Shown piece by piece: positions 9,462-20,693 of a stretch of DNA of 64,000 nucleotides. The notes below the pieces were generated by a model. It made no database searches. It saw only the letters and a list, made by a program, of their open reading frames with translations, and was not told where the DNA came from. Each line of letters opens with the position of its first letter. Within the stretch, counting starts at the first letter, position 1. This DNA is from Clostridia bacterium (lineage in GTDB: Bacteria; Bacillota; Clostridia; Christensenellales; CAG-138): assembly GCA_017525875.1 (NCBI GenBank), contig JAFXSG010000045.1, positions 12,276 to 76,275 on the forward strand. Direction: 5' to 3'. The translations under genes and the position numbers were made by a program.

Positions 9462-10705
9462 ACAGCCTAAAAGCCGGCATATATAAGGATATCTGCCTGT
9501 TCCTCTCGGTCTCGGGAATACTCAGCCTGCTTCTCCCGGCGCTGGTCGCCGCCGCTTTGCTGCTTGGGCTGAACGATGCCGCCGCCGTGAAAACGAACGT
9601 GGAACCTTTCCCGATCGCTATCTACGACCGGGACGACACCCTTATGTCCCGTTCCCTGATCTCACAGCTCAGGAACGTGGAACTGTTTTCGCATATCACT
9701 GTACTGAATGCCGAAAAGCTTGCCGCCGCCTCTATTCCGGCGGATGAGAGCGGCGCGATAGAAGCCGGCGACAAGCTGTTTGATGCAGCACCGCTTTCGG
9801 GCTGTGCCGCTGTGATAACGATCCCGTACGATTTCTTCTATGACGCATATACAGGCGATGAAGAACCGGTTTCCGTCATTCTGAACGGCGCGATGCCGCT
9901 TGAAGGCGCGATCACATCCTCCCTCACGACTTCCGTCGCGGATATCCTGAACAGCGAGCGTGCCGCATGGTATGCCGCATATTCGCTTAAAAACGGCGGC
10001 GAATTCGACAGGGATGATTTCGCAAACTACTGTGCCGATGCATCCGCATCCATTCTCGACAGTGCGCTCGGCCGCAGATCGGTTATCAAAAACACAAATA
10101 TCAAAACCGAGATCAGCACATCCGTCAAGCAAAGTTTCTTTACTTGCGCCTGCTCGATGCTGCTGCTTTTCGTGCCGGCAGGCGTTCTTAAGACCCTCCC
10201 TGATGAACGCAGGGTCGGGCTTGCCGGACGGCTCATATCGATCGGCGGCAGCGTGACGGGACTGATCCTTTCCAAACTCATCGCCTCGTTCATCCTCTGC
10301 TCCGCAGGTCTTGCGCCGGTAATCGCGATCCTTCGTCCGCAGCTGAGCCTCGTATCGTGCTCCGCACTGCTCGCGGCGTTCCTTGCGGGCTTTGCGCTTA
10401 TGCTCGCGCTGACGTCGGTCACCCGCAGCACGGAGCAGTTCATGCTCGGTGCAGGACTGGTCACTGCCGCGTCACTGCTTTTCGGAGGGACGATCTATCC
10501 CGCAGCGCTCCTCCCGCGCTTTGCATCGGCGATCGGGGACGTTACGATACCCAAGTACCTGCTAGCGGCGCTTACGGCTCGGAAAGGGGAATGGAAGCAC
10601 GTCCTTTCGCTCGTTATGATCGCCGCCGCTGCGCTTGCCGTGTACTTTTTCTCGGGAGCGGTACGCCGCAGCCTTAAGGCGAGAAAGGGGGCGGCGCATG
10701 CTTAA
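9458..10705 (+). CDS. ABC-2 type permease
   Basis: 415 aa with an N-terminal TM, a large loop and a C-terminal cluster of TM helices. The start overlaps the ATPase stop. Confidence 0.6.
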   Translation: MNSLKAGIYKDICLFLSVSGILSLLLPALVAAALLLGLNDAAAVKTNVEPFPIAIYDRDDTLMSRSLISQLRNVELFSHITVLNAEKLAAASIPADESGAIEAGDKLFDAAPLSGCAAVITIPYDFFYDAYTGDEEPVSVILNGAMPLEGAITSSLTTSVADILNSERAAWYAAYSLKNGGEFDRDDFANYCADASASILDSALGRRSVIKNTNIKTEISTSVKQSFFTCACSMLLLFVPAGVLKTLPDERRVGLAGRLISIGGSVTGLILSKLIASFILCSAGLAPVIAILRPQLSLVSCSALLAAFLAGFALMLALTSVTRSTEQFMLGAGLVTAASLLFGGTIYPAALLPRFASAIGDVTIPKYLLAALTARKGEWKHVLSLVMIAAAALAVYFFSGAVRRSLKARKGAAHA

Positions 10706-11849
10706 GTTCCTTTCGCTTTCACTGCAAAAACTGCGTGCGATGGCGGGCGGATACCTGTTCGCCGCCGCAATGCTCGCGCTTGCGTTTTTAATGTTCCTGA
10801 CCGTGCGCCTGACCCTGAACAGCGCAGGTCCCGATTCGCTTTCACTTGCATACGTCGATGATGACGCAGGCCCGGACGCCGACAGATTCATAGAAATGCT
10901 CCGGAAGGACGACTCTGCAGCGCTCAGCCTTACCCGCTGTGAAGATATCGAAGCAGCAAGGAAACTCATGAATTCCGGAAGGGCCGAGGGCACGCTCGTG
11001 ATCGAAGCCGGTTTTGCGGCCCTGCTCGCAAAGGGCGACGCGGCTGTCGCATATTATCCGGCTGCGGGCTCGTCCTCTGCGGATGCCGCGCGGGAGATCA
11101 TCTCAGGCCATGCCGTCGCTGTAAGAAGCGCTCTTCGTGCCAAACAGTACGCGGAGCAGTTGTTCTCGCGGGAACTCACCGAAACCGAGCGCAATGAGCT
11201 CGAACGCCTTACTGACAGCGCGATGGCTTCCGCCGGCTCCTCGGTAAACGTGCGTGTTGTCGGCTCAGGGAAAACTGCGGCGGCAAAAAGCATTTTCAGC
11301 GCGCTTTACGCCCGCTCGGACGGCTTCTTCGCCTTTGTCTGCATGCTGCTTCTGCTCATGCTCGGGGCGTTCATCGGTTCCGACGACGCCCGCGCTTCGG
11401 CAAAACGCATGCTTTCGCTGCGCGGTGGCGCCGCAAACGAAACCATTTCCGGATTACTTGCACTGATACTGTTCGGGCTGGCCGCTGCCGTGCTTTATCA
11501 TGCCGCGTTCGGTCTGCCGAAACTGATCGATGCCGCTGCGGAGCTTGCCTACATTGTTTGTGTTTCCACGCTTTCAATGCTCCTCGGCAAGCTTGCGGGA
11601 GCAGCGCGGGCGGAGCTTGCGTCGCCGTTTATCGCGCTTATAACGAGCCTCGCGGGCGGCTGCTTTATCGATCCTGATGCGCTGGGAGGAGCCTTGAAAA
11701 CCGTGTCCCTTTTCACGCCCCAGGGGCAGCTTCTTGCGGCAAGGGGCAGCATTTCCCATGTTCTGATACTGCTTTCGGCGGCTGCGGTTTTGCTCGTTTT
11801 CAGCCTGCCCATTTTCGGGCGGAGAAAGCTCATCCTTCCGCCTCACTGA
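10698..11849 (+). CDS. ABC-2 type permease (second subunit)
   Basis: Same architecture as the previous permease. Start placed at ATG 10698 (MLKFLSLS), overlapping the previous stop; the track ORF begins earlier, at 10635. Confidence 0.6.
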   Translation: MLKFLSLSLQKLRAMAGGYLFAAAMLALAFLMFLTVRLTLNSAGPDSLSLAYVDDDAGPDADRFIEMLRKDDSAALSLTRCEDIEAARKLMNSGRAEGTLVIEAGFAALLAKGDAAVAYYPAAGSSSADAAREIISGHAVAVRSALRAKQYAEQLFSRELTETERNELERLTDSAMASAGSSVNVRVVGSGKTAAAKSIFSALYARSDGFFAFVCMLLLLMLGAFIGSDDARASAKRMLSLRGGAANETISGLLALILFGLAAAVLYHAAFGLPKLIDAAAELAYIVCVSTLSMLLGKLAGAARAELASPFIALITSLAGGCFIDPDALGGALKTVSLFTPQGQLLAARGSISHVLILLSAAAVLLVFSLPIFGRRKLILPPH

Positions 11850-12900
11850 CGTCGGTTATCACTCCGCCCTCAACGGTGAATTCAAACGGCACCGCTTTGT
11901 CACCTGTGACCGTTCCCGCCATCACAAGATCGTTTTGCCCGCTCTGCGTTTCCGTACCGAACGGAGGCACAGGGCGGGCTTCGTCGTATCCGCCGAAAAA
12001 CTCCGCGAGCCCGTCGAATCCCACTTCGGCGGCAAGCTCCGCTGAAAGCAGCTCGAGCGCTTCGTCCTTCCTGCCTAGCAGAACGCATTCAAGCAGCGCA
12101 AGCGCCGTTTCATTCGGTGATGCGTGCTGCTTTTTCGGAGCCGAATAGTATCCGATCCCGGTATCATACAGTTGTTTTTCCCGACCCGAAAGCTCAAAGC
12201 GTACACGCCGCTCATGCCCGAATACCGTTCCGAGCCGCTCAACGGAGACAAGGTAACCGTCCCCGATAAAACAGCTGTCACCTTCAACGGAAGCGATTAT
12301 CCCGATGTCCTCATCAAGAGCGATGAGCATTTCGCGGAGCGGGGGATGGGGGCTGAATTCAAATCCGTAAAACCGTTTGCTTTTACTAACCGATTCATTG
12401 CATCCGGAAGCATGCACGATGATCAGCCGTTCACTGCCGATATCGAGCAGCTGCAAGCTCCCGTCATTTCCGGCGCAGATCGCGTAACTGCGCTCCGAAG
12501 CCGCAGTACTGACGGCAAGCCGCAGCCCGCCGTCACGAAACAATGCTGCATGCGTTTGCTCTCCGGATCCTTTTACGAAGTCGATCGTGTCGAGCAGCTT
12601 AGGCATACCCTCCGGAAAAGGCGTCGCGCGGAAATTAACGATCAGTTCCGCGCGTCCCCGTCCCCAATCGACGATCCTTGCCGTTTCGCAGCCCGCGCTT
12701 ATCGAGAATCGCCCGTCCTCGGGTGCAATAACGCAGCCCGCGGGCATCAACCGCCCGGAACCGTCTGCCGGAATGACTGTAACGATCGCCTCGCGGTCAT
12801 CGGGAAGGCTGACCGCTCTCCCGCCCGCGCAGCATAAAAACAAAGACCCGCTGAGCACCGTTGCCGCAGCGGGGATATGGGTAGTGATGACAAGCTCCAT
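11830..12900 (-). CDS. hypothetical protein
   Basis: 356-aa ORF with coding-like composition and no motif I recognise. Its 3' end overlaps the convergent permease by 20 nt. Confidence 0.45.
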   Translation of the reverse strand: MELVITTHIPAAATVLSGSLFLCCAGGRAVSLPDDREAIVTVIPADGSGRLMPAGCVIAPEDGRFSISAGCETARIVDWGRGRAELIVNFRATPFPEGMPKLLDTIDFVKGSGEQTHAALFRDGGLRLAVSTAASERSYAICAGNDGSLQLLDIGSERLIIVHASGCNESVSKSKRFYGFEFSPHPPLREMLIALDEDIGIIASVEGDSCFIGDGYLVSVERLGTVFGHERRVRFELSGREKQLYDTGIGYYSAPKKQHASPNETALALLECVLLGRKDEALELLSAELAAEVGFDGLAEFFGGYDEARPVPPFGTETQSGQNDLVMAGTVTGDKAVPFEFTVEGGVITDVSEAEG

Positions 12901-12960
12901 CTTGCGCTCCGAATGCTTTATTAAAGCAGTTTATTCGATGAATGCTTGAAAAATGAAACT

Positions 12961-12985
12961 AAAGGCAAAGAAAAAACAGCCCGTA
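12961..12985. repeat. left flank of insertion: distal half of a tRNA-Gln-type terminator (25-bp copy of 39359-39383)
   Basis: aaaggcaaagaaaaaacagcccgta is identical at both positions. Confidence 0.9.
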
Positions 12986-13006
12986 CGGGCGCTCCGCATA
13001 AGGAAG
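12986..13006. repeat. left terminal inverted repeat / recombinase half-site
   Basis: cgggcGCTCCgcATAAGGAAG compared with the reverse complement of the right end, cacccgcGCTCCtgATAAGGAAG. Confidence 0.6.
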
Positions 13007-13049
13007 TTTTTAGGGAATGGTGCAGTCCATGGTGGGCTGCACCGTTTTC

Positions 13050-14983
<1,934 letters not shown>

Positions 14984-14998
14984 ATACGCCTCCCTTCC

Positions 14999-15835
14999 TC
15001 AGCGTTCCTCGCGCTGACGCTCAAGGTGGTTCCTGTAAAACTCACAGGCCTTGAGTATGAACGCCCTGGCGCGATCCGGGCTCGTATCGGGCAGATACTT
15101 CGAGAGGTCGCTCACGGGGATGCTGACGCGTTCCTTCTGATTGGGCTTCTCCTCGGCCATGATCTCCATGATCGCGTCCTCGGTGAGCTTGCCCTCGGCG
15201 CTGAGCCTTTTCATATGGCATGCCTGGGAGAGGGACGGCGTCGCCTGGGCGAAGCCGATCTCCGAGAATAACAGCTCCTGCTCCTCGGGCGTGAGGTACG
15301 AGAGCTCGACCGCGGGAGTGAATGCGATACGGCCTTCATCCACAAGGCGGAGAAGGTCGGGAACGAGGTGAGTTAGGCGGATGTAGCGCTGGATCTGACG
15401 GCCGCTTTCGCCTTCATCAACATCATCCCGCGACTTGTGGCCAACTTGTCCACAAGCGATATCCCGCTTTCCCTGCCGTGAAAGCGCTTCCAGCTTCAGC
15501 TTGTAAGCGAACGCCTTTTCGCTCGGCAGGATGTGCTCGCGGTTGAGATTGCTGTCAACGAGCGCGACAGCGGCCTCGTCCCTTGTAAGCTCGACTTCGA
15601 TAACGGGCACGGTCTTGAGCCATGCTCTCATAGCCGCGTGAGCTCTCCTGTGGCCGCTGACGATCTCAAAGCCGGTATCGACAGGCCGCACGATGAGCGG
15701 CACCATGACGCCGTGCTCGCGGACGCTCTCGACGAGGGCGTCCATTTCTTCATCGTCGCGCACCTTATACGGATGCCCCGTGAAGGGCTTGAGCTCCGCA
15801 AGGCTCAGTTCTTTTATTGTTCTGTTGTCTTTCAT
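14999..15835 (-). CDS. ParB/Srx N-terminal domain protein
   Basis: ELKPFTGHPYKVRDDEEMDALVESVREHGVMVPLIVRP...IVSGHRRAHAA matches the ParB-like nuclease domain signature. Confidence 0.8.
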   Translation of the reverse strand: MKDNRTIKELSLAELKPFTGHPYKVRDDEEMDALVESVREHGVMVPLIVRPVDTGFEIVSGHRRAHAAMRAWLKTVPVIEVELTRDEAAVALVDSNLNREHILPSEKAFAYKLKLEALSRQGKRDIACGQVGHKSRDDVDEGESGRQIQRYIRLTHLVPDLLRLVDEGRIAFTPAVELSYLTPEEQELLFSEIGFAQATPSLSQACHMKRLSAEGKLTEDAIMEIMAEEKPNQKERVSIPVSDLSKYLPDTSPDRARAFILKACEFYRNHLERQREER

Positions 15836-15861
15836 GTAAATCTCCTATTCTTTTTTTGTTA

Positions 15862-17220
15862 TTACCGCTCCCATTGAAATTGTGGAATGCTGCGGGAACG
15901 GTTTGCCTCCCGCACCTTCTTTTCGATATGCGGGATATCCTCGCGCAGAGCGGAGATCAGCTTGAGCTCGCCTCTCAGCTCCCGTAAGGATTTGTTAATG
16001 GATACCAGCCCGTCGTAGACCTCGGTCTTTTCCTTGTTGAGGGCTTCTATATCCCTTCCCTCCAGCAAACGCCGTGCTTCATCGAGCTGAGCGCGCTCAT
16101 CGGTGTAATCCTCGGGAACGCCCGCGAGGTATTCCGCCTTGGCAAGAGCGCCGTAAAGCTTCCTGTTCCGCTTCTTTTTGCTGTTCAGGATGATACGGGA
16201 TTTCGTAAGCTGTTCTATCTCCGCATTGACGATGGTCTCTCGCTCGTCGAGCGCGTCGAAATCGTTGATGCCGTATTTCTCAAGGAATTCGCCCTGCCTC
16301 TTCAGCTGTTCGAATTTCAGCACCTCCTTGGGATCGACATAGAAATCCGTCTGCTTTCCCTGACCGATGATCCCGAGCACGTACATCCAGTGATACACGA
16401 GCGCGATAAAGCCGGTGGGCTTTACGAGAGGCTTGTACGGGACGTATTCCCTCTGCTTGATGATGACCTCCTTGCTCGTATCCGTCAGGGCGTCGTCGAT
16501 GTAGCTTTCGAGCTCGTCCTCTGTGAGCGCCTTGCCGCACTGACGCATGCGGAAGCCGTTCTTCGCCCCGGCGGGACGGAACGTGGGATACTTGCTGTTG
16601 TGCTCAACTTCGTATCCCCGTGCCTCCATCATGCGGTAGATATCGCCCACGCTGCAGGCGGTGGAAAGCACCTCGTCGGTGTCTAGATCCATCTGCTCCC
16701 GCAGCGTGAGCATACCGTTCTTACGCGCTCTCCACTCGGCATATGAGAGCGCATGGGGCTTGGGCTCCTCGATGACCGACAGCCCGTGCTCGCGGCAAAG
16801 CCTGTCCGACGTTCCGCGCACTTGAACATAATACGATTCCGCCGTGCTGTGGTATTTCTTGCCCGTGAGAGCGTTCACGGAATTGACCGCCATATGGTTA
16901 TGGATATGATCCTTATCTATATGCGTGGCGAGGACTACCTCGTAACCGGGGAAATGCTCCTGCACGAACTGAGCTCCGATCTCATGCGCCTCCTCGGGAG
17001 AGACCTCGCCGGGATCGAACGCCTGTATGCCGTGGAACATCTCTATCCCGCCCTCCTTGCCCCAACGGGCTTTCGTTTCGAGCATCTGCCTTGCGGCTGT
17101 ATCCAGCTCGCAGTGAAAGCAGCTGACAAGGGTATGCTCCTCTGTCTTCATGGGATTGGCGACGTAGCTGATCAGCTGATCCGGCCGCATGTGTCTTGAG
17201 AGTACCTTCGTTACCGCCAT
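15862..17220 (-). CDS. relaxase/mobilisation nuclease (MobA/VirD2-type)
   Basis: His-triad HIDKDHIHNHMAVNSV and N-terminus MAVTKV... Start at 17220, preceded by GGGAGG; it overlaps the mobC stop. Confidence 0.85.
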   Translation of the reverse strand: MAVTKVLSRHMRPDQLISYVANPMKTEEHTLVSCFHCELDTAARQMLETKARWGKEGGIEMFHGIQAFDPGEVSPEEAHEIGAQFVQEHFPGYEVVLATHIDKDHIHNHMAVNSVNALTGKKYHSTAESYYVQVRGTSDRLCREHGLSVIEEPKPHALSYAEWRARKNGMLTLREQMDLDTDEVLSTACSVGDIYRMMEARGYEVEHNSKYPTFRPAGAKNGFRMRQCGKALTEDELESYIDDALTDTSKEVIIKQREYVPYKPLVKPTGFIALVYHWMYVLGIIGQGKQTDFYVDPKEVLKFEQLKRQGEFLEKYGINDFDALDERETIVNAEIEQLTKSRIILNSKKKRNRKLYGALAKAEYLAGVPEDYTDERAQLDEARRLLEGRDIEALNKEKTEVYDGLVSINKSLRELRGELKLISALREDIPHIEKKVREANRSRSIPQFQWER

Positions 17221-17531
17221 ACTGCCTCCCATTCCCGCATGAGGGCGAGTATCCGCTCAAAGGCGATACGGGCCATACGGAAGTCGTCGCTTTCGACAAA
17301 GCCCTCCGCGTTCGCTCTGTGCACGAGCTGATTGAAGTTGACGCCTATCCGGTCGATCGAGGTGCGGAGCTCGGTGAAGTCGGCGCTGGGCCGTTCCTTC
17401 ACGGGCTTGCTCATGATGAGCTTACGGATGAGGTTTGCTTTTGAAAGGCCGGTGCTTTCGCACAATCTTTCCAGCTCGCGGTTTTCTTCGTCGCTCATCC
17501 ACAGGTGATATTGATGCGCTGTTTTTTTCAT
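17211..17531 (-). CDS. mobC: MobC-type relaxosome accessory protein
   Basis: MKKTAHQYHLWMSDEENRELERLCESTGLSKANLIRKLIM...VNFNQLVHRAN is a ribbon-helix-helix MobC pattern. Start at 17531, preceded by GGAGGT. Confidence 0.8.
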   Translation of the reverse strand: MKKTAHQYHLWMSDEENRELERLCESTGLSKANLIRKLIMSKPVKERPSADFTELRTSIDRIGVNFNQLVHRANAEGFVESDDFRMARIAFERILALMREWEAVWR

Positions 17532-17694
17532 GGCGCCACCTCCCGCGGTAAGCGGCATAGGGGTTCGGGGACTGTCCCCGACAAGCAAGGCGTTTTTGGT
17601 ACAAAAAGGCGATGCTTGCAAAGACATTCACCCGTGCATGATTTGGGTTTTTGGTTAATTTTGTTCATTAAAACCTCCTGTATTTTGGTTATTT

Positions 17695-17742
17695 GATTTG
17701 GCATCACACAGAAGCGATCGTTTAGCTTCGTGATGCCAAATC
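17695..17742. other. candidate oriT: 13-bp perfect inverted repeat
   Basis: GATTTGGCATCAC-N22-GTGATGCCAAATC lies about 165 bp upstream of mobC-relaxase and is followed by the GC hairpin GGCGCttttgGCGCC (17744-17758). Confidence 0.4.
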
Positions 17743-17819
17743 CGGCGCTTTTGGCGCCATGGGTGCTTAACGCCTACGGGCAATTCTACAAGGCTGCAAA
17801 ATTGTGTGTACGCAGATGT

Positions 17820-17870
17820 TTGCAAGGTTGCAAAATAATTTGTACGTGCAATCTTGCAAGGTTGCAAAAT
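17820..17870. repeat. iteron-like direct repeats TTGCAAGGTTGCAAAAT (2 copies, 34-bp period)
   Basis: Exact 17-mers at 17820-17836 and 17854-17870. Related GCTGCAAAAT at about 17793 and inverted TTGCAACC at 17879-17886. Confidence 0.6.
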
Positions 17871-17887
17871 ATCGGACTTTTGCAACC

Positions 17888-18880
17888 TTAGACTTCGAGC
17901 GACGTCTGCTCCGTGCTTTGCTCGGGCGGGAGCCAGTACCAGCCGTCTTCTCGCTTCACGGACTTGATACCGAGATCTTTCTTGGCCGAATCGACGGTGC
18001 GCTTGCTGACTTCCTGGAACTTCATAAAGGTGTAGACCTTGTCCGCCGGGATATCGATCCCGTTCGCAAACAGGCCTGTCAGCATCTCCTTCACGAATCC
18101 GAGCTTCGTCTGCGTGAACTCGGCTTTAGTGCTGTCCAAGAGCTCGTCCGCCGTCATATCGCTCGTGCCTTCAAAGAACATGCGGTTGTCCTCTACGGTG
18201 AATACGAGCGTGGGGCTCAGCGCCGTAAGATTGCTCTTGACCGGAGCGAGGAACACGTTTGCTTCCTTCGGGTTCGGCTTTGCGAGCAGCAGAACGCTCC
18301 GCGCCGCCCCGGTGATGTCCATGGAGCCAAGACCCCGGCTTATCGCCTTCATGCCCTTCATCTTGTTCAGATGCTCGATAAGGACGATCGCGCAGCCTGT
18401 GCGCTCCGCAATGACCTTCAAGGTGTGGAACTGGGGACGAACTACGTTCGCGCGGTACATGTCCACGCCCGCTCCGAGATACGCCTGCAACGGATCGAGG
18501 ATGAACAGCTTCGCATTAGTCTCGCGGATGGCCGCCTCGATTCGCTCGTCCGAGAACGAAAGCGGATCCTTGGTCTCGTCGATGACAAACACCCTGCTGC
18601 AGTCCGCGCTATTCGCTTCAAGACGAGGCTTTATGGTGTCGCCCAAGCCGTCCTCAGCCGTCTGGTAGATGCAGTTGGCGGGATCGCGGAACGCATCATC
18701 CGGTTCGCCGGGGAGGGGCCTGCCTTGCGTGAGCCTTGATATGACGTGCATCATGAGCATGGTCTTCCCCTCGCCCGGGTTGCCGCGGACGATGGTCAGC
18801 TTGCCCGCTGGTATGTAACCCGGCCACAGCCACGAGACCTCTTCGGTCACAACGTCGTTCATGTTGATAAGATCGTTCAT
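17888..18880 (-). CDS. RepA-like P-loop ATPase (AAA_25-type) of mobile elements
   Basis: VSWLWPGYIPAGKLTIVRGNPGEGKTMLMMHV Walker A and LFILDPLQAY Walker B. Start at MNDLINM (18880), preceded by GGAAAGGAGGAA. Confidence 0.75.
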   Translation of the reverse strand: MNDLINMNDVVTEEVSWLWPGYIPAGKLTIVRGNPGEGKTMLMMHVISRLTQGRPLPGEPDDAFRDPANCIYQTAEDGLGDTIKPRLEANSADCSRVFVIDETKDPLSFSDERIEAAIRETNAKLFILDPLQAYLGAGVDMYRANVVRPQFHTLKVIAERTGCAIVLIEHLNKMKGMKAISRGLGSMDITGAARSVLLLAKPNPKEANVFLAPVKSNLTALSPTLVFTVEDNRMFFEGTSDMTADELLDSTKAEFTQTKLGFVKEMLTGLFANGIDIPADKVYTFMKFQEVSKRTVDSAKKDLGIKSVKREDGWYWLPPEQSTEQTSLEV

Positions 18881-19942
18881 GTGAGTTTCCTCCTTTCCTG
18901 AGTGATACACCGCTCCGTAACGATCAAAATTGGGAGCAGTATTCATATTCCGAATGCGCCGGGAACCGATAAAAGTTGATACAGTTATCAGATAACGGCG
19001 GCAATGAAACCAATACTGGGGGTAGTTATCAAATAACGGAAACCTCGCTTTTGAAAAGTGGTACTAGTTTCAATTAGTGAAAACCGGCGATTGAGGGAAT
19101 GATACCAATCAAAGCGGACACCTAATGTCCGGTTTGAAGAATCCGGGAAGATATATTTCTTCGACCTTCTTCCTTTCGCAGGAGATAATACAATTTGAAG
19201 GTGCAGCCTAATTGCACGTTCAGAAAACATCGAACAATATATATGAAGTATTGTTTTATTCATCCATCTCGTTCCTCCGTCTATAAGCTTAATTCTCAAA
19301 CTGCTCATCTAATGGGCAGTTACAAGACTTTTGCCCGCATCATACACTTTTTTTGCTCCAAAATCGGCAACCTACGGGGGTTACCAAAATTTCGGCCCCG
19401 AATCGCAATATGTAGATTTAGCCATGTAATCAACCACTATATGTTGATTTTTAGGCCCAAAATGTGATAAAAAACGTGCAACCCCCGTGGGTTACATATA
19501 TTATTGAATATATTTTCGTTATTCGGCGCTATTTCTCCGTTTGGAATCGATATTATGTTTTAAGGTTCGCTTGCATTGATGACTTTCAGATCGATAATAG
19601 CCCCGTTGCCCCACCCTTAACAGGACTTTGAAAGTCCTATTTCTTTTGCTTTGATTTGCTCGGCTTTTCCCATTCTTCGATCCGGTTGATCTCTGAATTT
19701 GTGCTTGAAAACAGCCTTTGAAAGTCCGGCTCCAAATAAATATATTTGTTTCGTGGGTCGCCCCTGATTGCGAGTATAAGAAAAAAGGGTGCAACCTAAT
19801 TGCACGCTTTTCCCCGTTCAAAATGATATATTTGATTTATGCTGACTTTTAGTGAATAGAACGCCTCTCTAAAATATCATTTAAGAAGAAAGGAACAATA
19901 TCAAGTTGTTCATGTAAGAAACAACTTCGGATTGGAGGAACC

Positions 19943-20467
19943 ATGATGAATCTTATCACAGCAAAAAAAGTAAAACCCATCATTATTGTACTAATCATCT
20001 TGATTGTCGCAATAATGCTTATTTCGGGCAGCATCGTCACATCGATTGTGCTGCATCAAAATAGTGTGCATAAGCTTTCTGAAAAGATGCGCGATGAGGG
20101 CCCCTGGAACCCGGAGCCTTCAATATGGGCTTCAAAAGATAACGACGCATTCCTCATTTGCGATAATCAGAATGCAGATAGGATCTGCACGATAACTGCC
20201 TTTTTCCGAATCGGAGATAAATGGGCGGCGTTTACTATGAATCAGAGAAACGGCAGGAAAGAGCTTGTATTTGAATCAGAGGTCGCAGAGTTTTCGGAAC
20301 CGGTTTTTTCCTGTTCTTATGACTTTAAGGACGACTCACTCACTTTCTGGAGGTTTAAAAAAGTGGAAGATGATGCTCTGCTTCCCGATGCTGTTGCCCT
20401 TACTTTAACTCGATTGGGCAATTATGAAGATGCTAAGGAATCTCTTCCTCAGGATCTTTGCTTTTAA
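19943..20467 (+). CDS. hypothetical membrane-anchored protein
   Basis: 174 aa with N-terminal TM PIIIVLIILIVAIMLISGSIV and RBS GGAGGAACC. Confidence 0.5.
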   Translation: MMNLITAKKVKPIIIVLIILIVAIMLISGSIVTSIVLHQNSVHKLSEKMRDEGPWNPEPSIWASKDNDAFLICDNQNADRICTITAFFRIGDKWAAFTMNQRNGRKELVFESEVAEFSEPVFSCSYDFKDDSLTFWRFKKVEDDALLPDAVALTLTRLGNYEDAKESLPQDLCF

Positions 20468-20693
20468 TCATCGACGATCTTTGCGATACTGCCTTCGAGA
20501 TGAAAAAGGCTGAATGCTGATTCAACAAGCATACATATGTACAGTCTGTGGATATGAAGGTCCTATGATCACTCCTTTGAGCAATCAGGGAGGTGAGCCG
20601 GATGAATAAACTTCATCCGCTTATCAAGAGGATTCCATTTACCCTGATTGTAATACTGCTTGTCAAGTTTTAATAGACAGGGAGGCTTTCATC

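Noticed and set aside
13019-13043. Hairpin GGTGCAG-N11-CTGCACC just inside the left element end, considered as the recombinase terminator
   Set aside because: On the recombinase strand it has no T-run. The real terminator-like T-run comes from the flanking host half-hairpin. Its function is unclear, so I did not call it.
17820-17870. CRISPR array
   Set aside because: Only two to three short repeats are present, with no regular repeat-spacer series. No cas genes or other arrays appear anywhere in the window.
17804-18739. 311-aa plus-strand ORF opposite the RepA-like ATPase gene
   Set aside because: It is an antisense shadow with no RBS and no recognisable motif. The minus-strand ORF has Walker motifs and a strong RBS.
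20602-20673. 23-codon hydrophobic ORF (MNKLHPLIKRIPFTLIVILLVKF) with a GGGAGG RBS
   Set aside because: It is plausible as a small membrane peptide, but it is too short to support from sequence alone.
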